A stretch of 64,000 nucleotides of DNA from an uncultured Pseudomonadota bacterium (GTDB lineage: Bacteria > Oederibacteriota > Muellerivitia > Muellerivitales > Muellerivitaceae): contig CAWIIP010000002.1 in assembly GCA_963836235.1 (NCBI GenBank), forward strand, positions 480,001 through 544,000. The letters run 5' to 3'. This document shows, piece by piece, positions 21,363 to 29,968 of the stretch. The first letter of the stretch is position 1; each line of letters begins with the position of its first letter. The notes beneath the pieces are model-generated. The model was not told where the DNA came from, searched no databases, and worked only from the letters and a program-made list of their open reading frames with translations. The position numbers were made by a program, and so were the translations under genes.

Positions 21363-23663
21363 TCATCGGTTATAATAGTAATAATCAAACGGCATAAAAT
21401 ATTCAAAAATAGTTTCACCTTGTTTGTTTAAATAGTAAACACTTGTTCCAATATTGACTGAAGCTATTCCTTCTTCAAAATCAGTACCGCCTTCGTAAAT
21501 GGGTTGGACGATGAAATTCCCCTTTTTGTCAATGTAACCAAGGTTACCCTGTTGATCGCCTTTTCCGGGGACTCGAACAACCGCTAAACCATCATGAAAA
21601 CCCCCGACATCTAGGAACTCGGGTTTAATAACGATATTCCCATTTTTATCGATGAAACCCCATTTGCTATTGGTAACAGTTTTTCCGATTTTGACTGCGG
21701 CGTATCCTTCGGAAAAAGGTTTGGAAGTAATAAAAGCTATTTTAATTTTTAAATTACCTTTAGTGTCGATGAACCCAGACACGTCATTATCGAAATATTT
21801 GACGGCTGCGAGGCCCTCTGAAAAAGGCAAGGCAGCCTCAAAAGCGGGTTGTATAGCGAAATTTCCAGTTTTATCAATGTAACCATATTTGCAGTAACCA
21901 ACTTTGTGTTTTTCCTGCCTATCTTGAGCCGCAGCGGCCAATCCTTCGGAAAAGGAATCGGCACAGCAAAACTTCAACGGGGTAACTAATTTGCCGGAGG
22001 AATTCATATATCCTGTCTTTTCGTCTTCAACCCTGACCTGTATCAATTCTTCAGAAAATTGAGATCCGCCATCCACTTCATATTGGGGCTCGACAACAAC
22101 TTTCCCGGTCTGATCTGTAAAACCCATCTTGTTACCCTGGTAATACTTGACCAAGGTTTGACCTTTTAAAGCACATTTGGCTTTATAAGTATCTTCGTAT
22201 TGGCTCAAAGTGTTTCCGTTGGCATCTATGGAATATATATCTTTTCCAATGAAGGCCAGCCCGATACCATCAGTAGGAACATGGATTCCGAAATCATACT
22301 TTCCGGGCGAAATCAAAATTTTTCCGGTTTGGTCGACGAATCCACATTTCAAACCAGTACTCACCCTGGCCAACCCATTGTGAAATGGCCGAATATCGCT
22401 GAACCACCCCGAGATCATCTTTCCTTCGGTGTCGAAAAATCCAACTTTCTTCGATTGTAAAATCACCCCCACCACAACTTTTGCCAATTTCAGCGAGTTG
22501 TCATTAGAAGGAGGCAGGCTTTTCCAATTACCTCGATCGCAAACATAAGCATGACCTTCAAGGAAAAGGCCATAGAAGTCCGTTGTTGAAATTCCGTTCA
22601 ATTGGGTAATCTTTTTAATTGTCCTATTTAAAGCGTTTCTATCAACGTGTTGGGTTTCTAAGAGAGGTTTTCTTTTTATCACCGATGAGGATGTCCGCTT
22701 ATCTGGGGTTAAAGTGGTTATATCGTCCTGGCAGTTTTGGCAATCATCAGGCGGAGTTTGGTCGATTTCCGCAAAAACAGTTTCCCCTTTTTTATCGATT
22801 ACCGTGGTTTGAAACGCAGGTGGTGCCCCGGACCGCCTCCTGAATTCTGCATATCCATTCATAAAACTAGGTGGATAGTCCGAAAGGATGTCGGATGAAT
22901 CAATAACAACCTTCCCTGTTTTATCAATAAATTCATATCCACTGAAGTCTTCACCCTTTTCTTGTACGCAAGCCAGTCCCTCGCTAAATGATGCGGCCAG
23001 CGCGTAATCCGTTTTTATAATTTCTTTTCCACTGGCATCAATGTAGGACCAAACACCGTCTTTGTTAACGCTGGCAAGGCCTTCAGAAAAGGGGTTAACG
23101 GCTTCATAAACAACAGGTGTCACTAATTCGTTATGGGTGTTAATATAGCCGAATTTTCCATCCAGTTTGACCCAAGCCAAACCTTCTGCGAAATCCCCAA
23201 GATCATCATATTTTATATCTATAACTTCCTTTCCAATTGAATCGACGTAACCAAGTTTAGAATTTAATTTTACTTTGTAAAAGCCGTCGGAATACCCGGC
23301 GCATGTGTCATATTTGGGTGGAAGTACGATTTCACCGTTCTTGCTAACAAGTCCTATTTTCCCGCCTTTTTTAAACCACGTGACATCGCTTAAAAAGTCG
23401 CCTGCATCCTCGAATTGGGGTTGGATCGCGAGTTTCCCAGTCGTATCGACAAACCCGACCCCACCCTGAAGAAACGGAAAAAGTCTTATAGTTTTTTCAT
23501 TATTCGAATTGGAAGTGGTAGGCACTAAAAAAAACAAACTGAAAGGGATTAAAAAAAAGGGTACTTTCGATGAATTCATTTTCAGCATTCTTACTGTCTC
23601 TAAAACTCCATTAACCAGGAAGGAAAACTTCACAATTGCCATAAATGGGTTTCGCATATTCAT
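21363..23663 (-). CDS. WG-repeat (KWG Leptospira-type) protein, probably secreted
   Basis: Many G(F/Y)IDKxG...FSEGLAxV repeats; hydrophobic signal-like segment after the internal MNSSK start. Confidence 0.9.
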   Translation of the reverse strand: MNMRNPFMAIVKFSFLVNGVLETVRMLKMNSSKVPFFLIPFSLFFLVPTTSNSNNEKTIRLFPFLQGGVGFVDTTGKLAIQPQFEDAGDFLSDVTWFKKGGKIGLVSKNGEIVLPPKYDTCAGYSDGFYKVKLNSKLGYVDSIGKEVIDIKYDDLGDFAEGLAWVKLDGKFGYINTHNELVTPVVYEAVNPFSEGLASVNKDGVWSYIDASGKEIIKTDYALAASFSEGLACVQEKGEDFSGYEFIDKTGKVVIDSSDILSDYPPSFMNGYAEFRRRSGAPPAFQTTVIDKKGETVFAEIDQTPPDDCQNCQDDITTLTPDKRTSSSVIKRKPLLETQHVDRNALNRTIKKITQLNGISTTDFYGLFLEGHAYVCDRGNWKSLPPSNDNSLKLAKVVVGVILQSKKVGFFDTEGKMISGWFSDIRPFHNGLARVSTGLKCGFVDQTGKILISPGKYDFGIHVPTDGIGLAFIGKDIYSIDANGNTLSQYEDTYKAKCALKGQTLVKYYQGNKMGFTDQTGKVVVEPQYEVDGGSQFSEELIQVRVEDEKTGYMNSSGKLVTPLKFCCADSFSEGLAAAAQDRQEKHKVGYCKYGYIDKTGNFAIQPAFEAALPFSEGLAAVKYFDNDVSGFIDTKGNLKIKIAFITSKPFSEGYAAVKIGKTVTNSKWGFIDKNGNIVIKPEFLDVGGFHDGLAVVRVPGKGDQQGNLGYIDKKGNFIVQPIYEGGTDFEEGIASVNIGTSVYYLNKQGETIFEYFMPFDYYYYNR

Positions 23664-24082
23664 GACATTGGATGACTTTCTTTCGGAAGCCGCAACTTTA
23701 CCGCATCGAACACCTGACGGGCCATGGCCATTGCCTCATCCGCTTCTTTCGTTTCAATTTCCTCAACGTCACCCGGATAACGAAATTTCCACGCATATTC
23801 GGTTAAGACTGCGGCTTTTCGGAGGATTGGTTCCAAGGTCCCATCCACCTTAGAACAAGCCTCTCCGAGTTCGACTAAGTTATGAGTTTTGCGGAAAGGT
23901 TGGTCATGCCAGCATAAAAACGCCTTTAAGGATTTTTCGGCTGATTGTTGGGAGTGAAACAAAACGTCTTCCAAAAAGGGAGGATCGGCTTGACGATCAA
24001 TGGTTCCGCCCCTCAAGTCCTTGGAGGCTTTTTCAAGCCAAGCCCTGGTCTCAGCAGCGCGGTCTGCCTCAAGCGGCCCCAT
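23660..24082 (-). CDS. HEPN-domain protein
   Basis: WLEKAxxDL, FHSQQSAEKSLKA, KTHNL, RYP. Confidence 0.9.
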   Translation of the reverse strand: MGPLEADRAAETRAWLEKASKDLRGGTIDRQADPPFLEDVLFHSQQSAEKSLKAFLCWHDQPFRKTHNLVELGEACSKVDGTLEPILRKAAVLTEYAWKFRYPGDVEEIETKEADEAMAMARQVFDAVKLRLPKESHPMS

Positions 24083-24392
24083 AAAGCAGACGGCCTTCCC
24101 TGAGAATAGTAGCGGGCAAGGAAGCTATCACGGCTTTTCGGCTTTCAAAGGCGGTATGGGTCCAAACCAAAACATCTGCCGCAGTTCCCGTACCCCAAAG
24201 CTTTTCATAAGCCAAACGGCTTCGGCGCAGGGGGGAGGGTGCGTTATCGGGGACTACGACCATCAAATCGAAATCGCTGTCAGGGCCTTGATCGCCCCTG
24301 GCGGTGGAGCCAAAAAGATAAATCCGCTCGGGGTGGTAAGCCTCCGCCAAACGGTTCACGATTTCAGTCAATTTTGAATCTGTTCCCTGCAT
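24069..24392 (-). CDS. Minimal nucleotidyltransferase (MNT)
   Basis: IYLFGSTARGD...SDFDL (GS..DxD); C-terminal REGRLLY; overlaps the HEPN start. Confidence 0.9.
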   Translation of the reverse strand: MQGTDSKLTEIVNRLAEAYHPERIYLFGSTARGDQGPDSDFDLMVVVPDNAPSPLRRSRLAYEKLWGTGTAADVLVWTHTAFESRKAVIASLPATILREGRLLYGAA

Positions 24393-24724
24393 TTGGTTGC
24401 CCCTTTGAAAAACCATTATACCCACATGAACCTTAATTTGTCGTTTCCTAGATTAACACCCCTTAAAACCAAAACCACGCTATCAGGAAGGATTAACCCC
24501 TGTTTAAACCGGCTATAACCAACAACCTACCAATTACCCCAAACTACCATTTCCCTTACCCTGTCTTTGTCTTACCCACCTACCACGCTAACCTACACCC
24601 ACCACTCCAATCCCAACCTACCACCTCTGAATACAGCTCCGGTTTGCTTTGCCTTGTCTTTGAATTTGATCTTGAATTTGAATTTTCCTTAATCTTGTTT
24701 TTAAAAATAACGTCTCCTGGTTTT

Positions 24725-26804
24725 GTAGAGTAGAACGCAGGCGCGGTAATGTGCAGTTCGGCCCTTGATCCGTGTCCACCGTTTCCGGCTTCGTGCCCCA
24801 ACGAGGGCTTCCCATCATCCCGTCTCCAGCATCCCCTCATCAAACCGTACGTGAGGTTTTCCCTCATACGGCTTTCCGACAACCTTCATCCGGCGGCGTG
24901 CGAGTAGAGCGTTGTTATCTGATACAGTCCAAGGCGTTTCAGTTCTTTCGCCGATTCCTTCCATTCCCTACGTATACCCTTCCTCCTTCGGAACAGGCGG
25001 AACCTCTTAAGAACATAAAACTGTAGTTTGGTAAAGTGTTTTCGGGTGTCCCCGATTTTGAAGTAATTGGACCATCCCCTGATTACCGGGTTTACAGTCC
25101 GAATTAAATCCACCATCGGGTACCGAAGTCGCCATGGTTCGGTCATCACCTGTTTCAAATTCTCGGTGATTTTCCTCATGGCCTTGCGGTTCGGCCAACT
25201 CAGACAGCGGGGAATTCCCCGCCCTCCGGGTGGCTTGCCATAGCAGAAATGGAATCCCAGGAAATCAAAACCTACTTTCCCAGACCACATCTCTACCAAC
25301 TGCGTCTTTTCCGGATGCAGTTCCAGCCCCAGGCGCTTCATCAAATCCTTCAAAATCCCAAGGCTTTCTTCCGCATGGCTTTGACTGGTGCACAAGACCA
25401 CAAAATCATCGGCGTAGCGCACCAGCCTTCCCAGTTTTCCGTGACGCTTGTTCCACACTTTATCCAGCACATGAAGGTAGACGTTCGAGAGCAGTGGAGA
25501 TATCACTCCTCCTTGCGGCGTGCCTTGGATAGCCGGTTCCAGCCGACCATCCACCAGCACCCCCGCTTTCAGCCATCCCCAGATCAGCTTCAACACATTC
25601 CTGTCGCTGATCCTTTGGCAGACTAGAACCATCAGCTTGTCATGGTCTATGGAGTCAAAATACTTCCGAATGTCCCCATCTACCACGAACCGATACCCAT
25701 GGTTTATCAGCTTCTTGATTTCCCCATGGGCCTGCCTGGCTCCCCGCTTTGGCCGAAAACCAAAAGAGCATTCCAAGAAATCCGCTTCAAAGACGGGCTC
25801 CACCACCTTCCGACAGGCGGCTTGGACTACCCGATCCCGGATGACCGGAATCCCCAACGGCCTCTTGCTTCCATCGGGTTTGGGTATTTCCACCCGTCTG
25901 ACCGGCTTAGGGCGGTATTCCCCATTTTGAAGTTTATATTGGAGCGCTTTCAGGAAAGGAATGACTCCTATTTCCTTCTCGATCTTTTCCAACGTCTCTC
26001 CGTCCACCCCTCCTTGGCCTTTGTTCGCCCTTACCTGTTGCCATGCCGCCACCAAGACATCCCATCGGGTCATCTTGTCGTACAGCGCATGAAACCGCCG
26101 GTTCGGGCTCCTCTTGGCCGCTCGGTATAGCTCCCTTTGAAGAGTTCGCACTTTGTCATCAGAGTTGTTAGTCTTCTCAGACATTCTCTAGCGCCTCCCT
26201 TGTCAGGTTGCTTGATTGAAGCAGGGGTCCTTCCCTCTGGATGGTTTTGTTGTCCATCCTTCATCGGTACTGTGACCCCCTCCGACTTCCTTCCGCCACG
26301 GCTCCCTTTCAGTGCCACTTTATAGGAGCCGCTCTTATGGCGGGTAGGACCTCCCAGGTTGCTTGTAAAGCCTTTCCAGCATTCCGTTCCCTATACGCCG
26401 GGGGACTCGCCCCGCTTGCTCCAGACTCTTCAGCGGGATTGTAGCCTTCACCTGCATGAACGAGGTTCGGCATCCCCTTTCACCTTTCGGTGCCTCTCTC
26501 TCGGCGCGGCAAGATTCACTTGATGTTACGGACTGCTGAATTGTTCCTCCCCTAAAGAGAGTTTATGACCTCGTTTCAAAGCACCAATTCTCACTGGTAC
26601 TTTGGAGGCTGACTTCCAGGCTCTCTGGTGATTACCTGGTCAGGACTTGGCTACCATTCACCAAATAACCCCAAATGGCATCTTCACCTAATTCACTCAT
26701 CACAACCTTTAGGATTCGACTACCACCTGAGTTTCTACCACCTACCATTACTGGTAACCTCACCTGCTGGCTCTACAAACCTTCATCTTCACTTCCTGGC
26801 ACAC
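24725..26804 (-). mobile_element. Full-length group II intron
   Basis: 5' GTGTG at 26804; domain V at 24842-24875 (AAAGCCGTATGAGGGAAAACCTCACGTACGGTTT); 3' CTACTCTAC ending 24725; removing it restores a perfect 12-bp palindrome arm; EBS1-IBS1 complementarity. Confidence 0.9.
24886..26184 (-). CDS. ltrA: Group II intron reverse transcriptase/maturase without endonuclease domain
   Basis: GGVDG, RRVEIPKPDG..RPLGIP, SFGFRP, GTPQGGVISPLL, RYADDF, FDFLG, NPVIRGWSNYF. Confidence 0.95.
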   Translation of the reverse strand: MSEKTNNSDDKVRTLQRELYRAAKRSPNRRFHALYDKMTRWDVLVAAWQQVRANKGQGGVDGETLEKIEKEIGVIPFLKALQYKLQNGEYRPKPVRRVEIPKPDGSKRPLGIPVIRDRVVQAACRKVVEPVFEADFLECSFGFRPKRGARQAHGEIKKLINHGYRFVVDGDIRKYFDSIDHDKLMVLVCQRISDRNVLKLIWGWLKAGVLVDGRLEPAIQGTPQGGVISPLLSNVYLHVLDKVWNKRHGKLGRLVRYADDFVVLCTSQSHAEESLGILKDLMKRLGLELHPEKTQLVEMWSGKVGFDFLGFHFCYGKPPGGRGIPRCLSWPNRKAMRKITENLKQVMTEPWRLRYPMVDLIRTVNPVIRGWSNYFKIGDTRKHFTKLQFYVLKRFRLFRRRKGIRREWKESAKELKRLGLYQITTLYSHAAG

Positions 26805-26894
26805 CCCATGCGGAGAGGGCGAGCCCCCCTATCGTTTCTCGCATCCGTACTTGATGCAGAGATAGGGGGGCTCGCCATCGGAGCATGGGAAAAC
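26805..26894. repeat. Long GC-rich hairpin, target site of the intron
   Basis: 16-bp perfect IR GGCGAGCCCCCCTATC (26818-33) / GATAGGGGGGCTCGCC (26861-76); outer CCCATGC/GCATGGG; inner GCATC/GATGC. Confidence 0.85.
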
Positions 26895-26979
26895 ACCCCT
26901 AAAAAAGCCGAAAGATTGAAATTTGGACTTCCGTCCGAATGAAAGACCGTAGGACATTTTTTCCAGAGCCAACAGGGTG

Positions 26980-27816
26980 TTATTCCGGCAGGGGGTTGCT
27001 GATTCGGAACCAGACTTTCTCGAATGGCTTGGTCGTTACCCTGCCAAAGTCGCTGACCAACCACTGGGACCTGTCCCTTTCCATGACCCAGGCCTGGAGG
27101 TTGCGGATCATCCGCCGGGCGTGGGGGTAGGTTTCCGAGACGACCAGCCGCCAGGCGTGGGGAAAGGCATCGTCCAGGTTATAGACCATCCGTTTGACCA
27201 TGTTCCAGTTATAGGCCGTCCGCTCGAATTCCAGGACAAAGGCCCGCCTGTCCCCCTGGAAGTCGGCCTCAAAGTACCCGTCCGGCGTCCTTCGGACCAA
27301 GGACTTGGCCCTTTCGTAGGCCCTAACCCGCCAGTTGCTTTCCAGCTCCCCATTGAGGAATTCGGCCTTGGTTCGCGGGGTGATACCGGCCCGCATTTCG
27401 AAGTCGCTCACCCAAAAGATGTCTTCCAGCGTGGGGGTGGCCTCCAAAGTGATTCTAAGTTCCTGAACCATAAGGTCGTGTTGTCGCTCGTAGGGGTTGA
27501 TTCGGATGGTGTGCTTCCGGCCCATGACGATCATCCGCCCTGTCTCGTCTAGGGTGCGGATGGCCGGCAGGGTCAGGAAATAAAAGTTATGCGCGAATAT
27601 ATTTTCCTTGTCGAAAAGCAAGAAACCTTTTCGAACGTATTTGCTGAGGACGTAACAGGCGTTTCGGTAGGTGCCTTGGGGATAAAACTTCTTGTGGAAA
27701 AGGTCCGGGATGGTGAACTTGTTGGAGTGAATCCAGGCAATGTGCTGGGCTTCGGTGTCGTTGATTTCCAGGTATTGGCTCACGGGCTGCCTCCTTGCAG
27801 GGAAGATTGCCTTCAT
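26980..27816 (-). CDS. Replication-relaxation (Replic_Relax)-like wHTH + PD-(D/E)xK protein
   Basis: N-terminal wHTH-like region, HDL motif, RTPDG...LEFERT nuclease-like motif. Confidence 0.6.
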   Translation of the reverse strand: MKAIFPARRQPVSQYLEINDTEAQHIAWIHSNKFTIPDLFHKKFYPQGTYRNACYVLSKYVRKGFLLFDKENIFAHNFYFLTLPAIRTLDETGRMIVMGRKHTIRINPYERQHDLMVQELRITLEATPTLEDIFWVSDFEMRAGITPRTKAEFLNGELESNWRVRAYERAKSLVRRTPDGYFEADFQGDRRAFVLEFERTAYNWNMVKRMVYNLDDAFPHAWRLVVSETYPHARRMIRNLQAWVMERDRSQWLVSDFGRVTTKPFEKVWFRISNPLPE

Positions 27817-27886
27817 GCCTTTTGGACGATTCGTTTCTCATTTCGCTCCCAAAAATTTTAAGTGTCATAAAAATCTATTGCGTCAA

Positions 27887-27990
27887 TCCATGGTCATCCA
27901 TGGTTAACGATGGTTACGGAGAACGCTCACAAAAGATCACTATCGATCACAAGTGGCAGTTAGCGGCAGCAAGTGACGGTCAGTGACATT
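27887..27990. repeat. 10-bp-phased short repeat array in a divergent promoter region
   Basis: ATGGT at 27890/27900/27910; TCAC at 27927/27937/27947; AGYGRC at 27952/27962/27972/27982. Confidence 0.7.
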
Positions 27991-28291
27991 TCATAAAATT
28001 ATTTCGTCACGATGAAACGTTTAGGCGCTTAAGACAGTCAAAAGAAATATCACAAAATACGGCGGTGACGGATGACCCCCAAAAACGAATTTCAGATTTT
28101 GCATTTAAAGGGCGATTACTGCCCCGAAGATTTCGCCCTCGCAAGTTGTTCCCCTTCGACAACCGAAAACAAAATTCCAAGTCAATCAGCCCGGAGAATC
28201 CCCCAAACCTTGAACGCTTCACAACCCAATTTTCGATCTACAAAAAAGAACCCCTTGGGGGTTTTAAAAAAAATTAAAAGGGAGGTAGACC

Positions 28292-28546
28292 ATGGTGGAT
28301 CGTAGGAAGAATGTCGAACGGCGGAATTACTTAATGTCGGACAAAGACATTGCCGAAAAAGCCGGGGTTTCCCCCAATACCGTCCGCTATTGGCGGCAGA
28401 CCGGTGCCCTTCCCTTTGTGAAGGTTGGCAAGTATCCGAGGGTTTGGTATTCGGTGTTTCTTCAAGTTTTTAAAAAACCCCTTCCATCTTGGGCGGACTC
28501 TGATTATAAAATGCCAAGTGCTGGGGACATTAGGAGGGACGCATGA
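28292..28546 (+). CDS. Excisionase-like HTH (HTH_17/MerR-like) protein
   Basis: IAEKAGVSPNTVRYWRQTGALPFVKVG; ATGA overlap with the integrase. Confidence 0.8.
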   Translation: MVDRRKNVERRNYLMSDKDIAEKAGVSPNTVRYWRQTGALPFVKVGKYPRVWYSVFLQVFKKPLPSWADSDYKMPSAGDIRRDA

Positions 28547-29658
28547 GTAGACCTAATGTTCATGGATTGCCCCAATTTCTCCGCAAGGACGAAAAGGGGT
28601 ATTTCCTGGATTACTTTGTTGATGAAGGGGGAATCAGGAAGCGCAAGAGGGTAAGGCTGGGCCAAATACCCGTGGCCCAAGCCAAGAAGGTGCTGGCCCA
28701 ACACATGCAAGAAATGGTGGAGGGAAAGTACCTGGCTCCCGAAAAACCGGAGGTCACCTTTTCCGAGGCGGCGGATTCGTTCCTGGCCTATTCCGAGGCA
28801 AGAAGGAAAAGCCATGAGAACGACATCCAAATGGTCAAGAGGCTCAAGGACTATTTCGGCGACAGGCCTTTGAGAAGCTTGACACCGGACATCGTCGAAG
28901 GGTTTTTAACCCACCGGCGAAAGGTGGGCAACCAAGCCCCCGGCGATAGTAGGACAGGAAAGCCTCTGTCCAATAGCACGCTTAACCGGGACCTCGGCGT
29001 TCTCAAGTCAATCGTGAACCGGGCGGTCTTCAACGGCTTGTTGGAGAAAAACTCGATTCAGCGGGTGCGGGCCTTCAAGGAAGAATCCCGCGACCGCACT
29101 TTGACGAACGAGGAATACCAAGCGCTTTTGGGTTATTGCTCCCCGCGCCTTTCCGCCATCGTCCAGCTGGCTTATTGGACGGGCATGAGGAAGGGGGAGA
29201 TTTTGGGTTTGCGGTGGGAACAGGTGGACTTTCAAAACAAAGTCATCACCCTGGAAGCCGCGGACACCAAGACCCAGGAGAAACGGGAGGTTCCCTTGAC
29301 GGAGGCGCTTTTAGGCCTCCTGAAACGGATACCCAAAACCCTTGGATGCCCTCAAGTTTTCACCGAGAGGGGAAAACGCATCATGGACATCAAGACCGCT
29401 TTTCTCAAGGCCGTCCGCGCGGCGGGGATCAAGAACTTTCGGTTCCACGACCTCCGGCATTGCGCGGTGACCAACTTGAGGAAGGCGGGGGTGAACGACT
29501 CGGTCATCATGTCCATATCAGGCCATAAGACCTACGCGATGTTCAAACGGTATAACCGGATCGACCGGCAAGACCGGGTGAACGCGCTGAAACAGGTTGA
29601 GAGGGAGTTTGACACGGATATGACACGGAGCGAGTCGGGGCATTTGGTGAAGTCGTAG
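28543..29658 (+). CDS. Tyrosine recombinase / integrase
   Basis: TGMRKGEILGL (R), K, FHDLRH (HxxR), SGHK, RY catalytic residues. Confidence 0.95.
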   Translation: MSRPNVHGLPQFLRKDEKGYFLDYFVDEGGIRKRKRVRLGQIPVAQAKKVLAQHMQEMVEGKYLAPEKPEVTFSEAADSFLAYSEARRKSHENDIQMVKRLKDYFGDRPLRSLTPDIVEGFLTHRRKVGNQAPGDSRTGKPLSNSTLNRDLGVLKSIVNRAVFNGLLEKNSIQRVRAFKEESRDRTLTNEEYQALLGYCSPRLSAIVQLAYWTGMRKGEILGLRWEQVDFQNKVITLEAADTKTQEKREVPLTEALLGLLKRIPKTLGCPQVFTERGKRIMDIKTAFLKAVRAAGIKNFRFHDLRHCAVTNLRKAGVNDSVIMSISGHKTYAMFKRYNRIDRQDRVNALKQVEREFDTDMTRSESGHLVKS

Positions 29659-29673
29659 AATCGTTGAAAAATA

Positions 29674-29751
29674 TGGCGGGGTTGACGGGGCTCGAACCCG
29701 CGACCTCCTGCGTGACAGGCAGGCGCTCTAACCAAGCTGAGCTACAACCCC
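29674..29751 (-). tRNA. tRNA-Asp(GTC)
   Basis: GGGGTTGTAGCTCAGCTTGGTTAGAGCGCCTGCCTGTCACGCAGGAGGTCGCGGGTTCGAGCCCCGTCAACCCCGCCA cloverleaf with encoded CCA. Confidence 0.97.
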
Positions 29752-29842
29752 TCGCAGAAGGAAGATAAAGCGGAAGGAACATCATCGCTTTGTCACGACG
29801 GCCCAAAGGCCATTCCCCTCAAGGGAAGCGAAACGAGGTCGT

Positions 29843-29871
29843 ATAGTAACGGGGAGACTCTCTTTAGTCAA
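29843..29871 (-). promoter_or_regulatory. Sigma70 promoter of tRNA-Asp
   Basis: TTGACT-17 bp-TACTAT. Confidence 0.65.
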
Positions 29872-29968
29872 GCAAACCAAATCCCTACGCAAAGGTTCAA
29901 GACACAAAGAAACACTGGGATTTTGTAATACCAGAAAAAGTCTTATTTTGATCTTGGTGGTAGAATTT

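Larger units (their letters stand above)
20994..29719. mobile_element. ~8.7 kb integrative element at tRNA-Asp
   Basis: Flanking direct repeats, integrase adjacent to the tRNA, Xis-like HTH gene, repeated arm-like sites. Confidence 0.9.

Noticed and set aside
24646-24690. Hexamer run (YTTGHM-like: CTTTGC CTTGTC TTTGAA TTTGAT CTTGAA TTTGAA)
   Set aside because: Short degenerate low-complexity tract with no independent evidence of function.
24580-24882. ORF MSESRMRENLTYGLMRG...
   Set aside because: It is a translation of intron domains V/VI and the low-complexity exon, a typical shadow ORF.
24886-26184. RT as a DGR, retron or CRISPR-associated RT
   Set aside because: It has group II RT0-7 and X-domain motifs with flanking intron RNA domains. 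I saw no TR/VR pair differing at adenines, no Avd, no msr-msd and no cas genes.
20994-29719. Prophage
   Set aside because: No structural, terminase or lysis genes between the att repeats.
29532-29806. ORFs MVRAPACHAGGRGFEP... and MGRRDKAM...
   Set aside because: Shadow translations of the tRNA-Asp gene.
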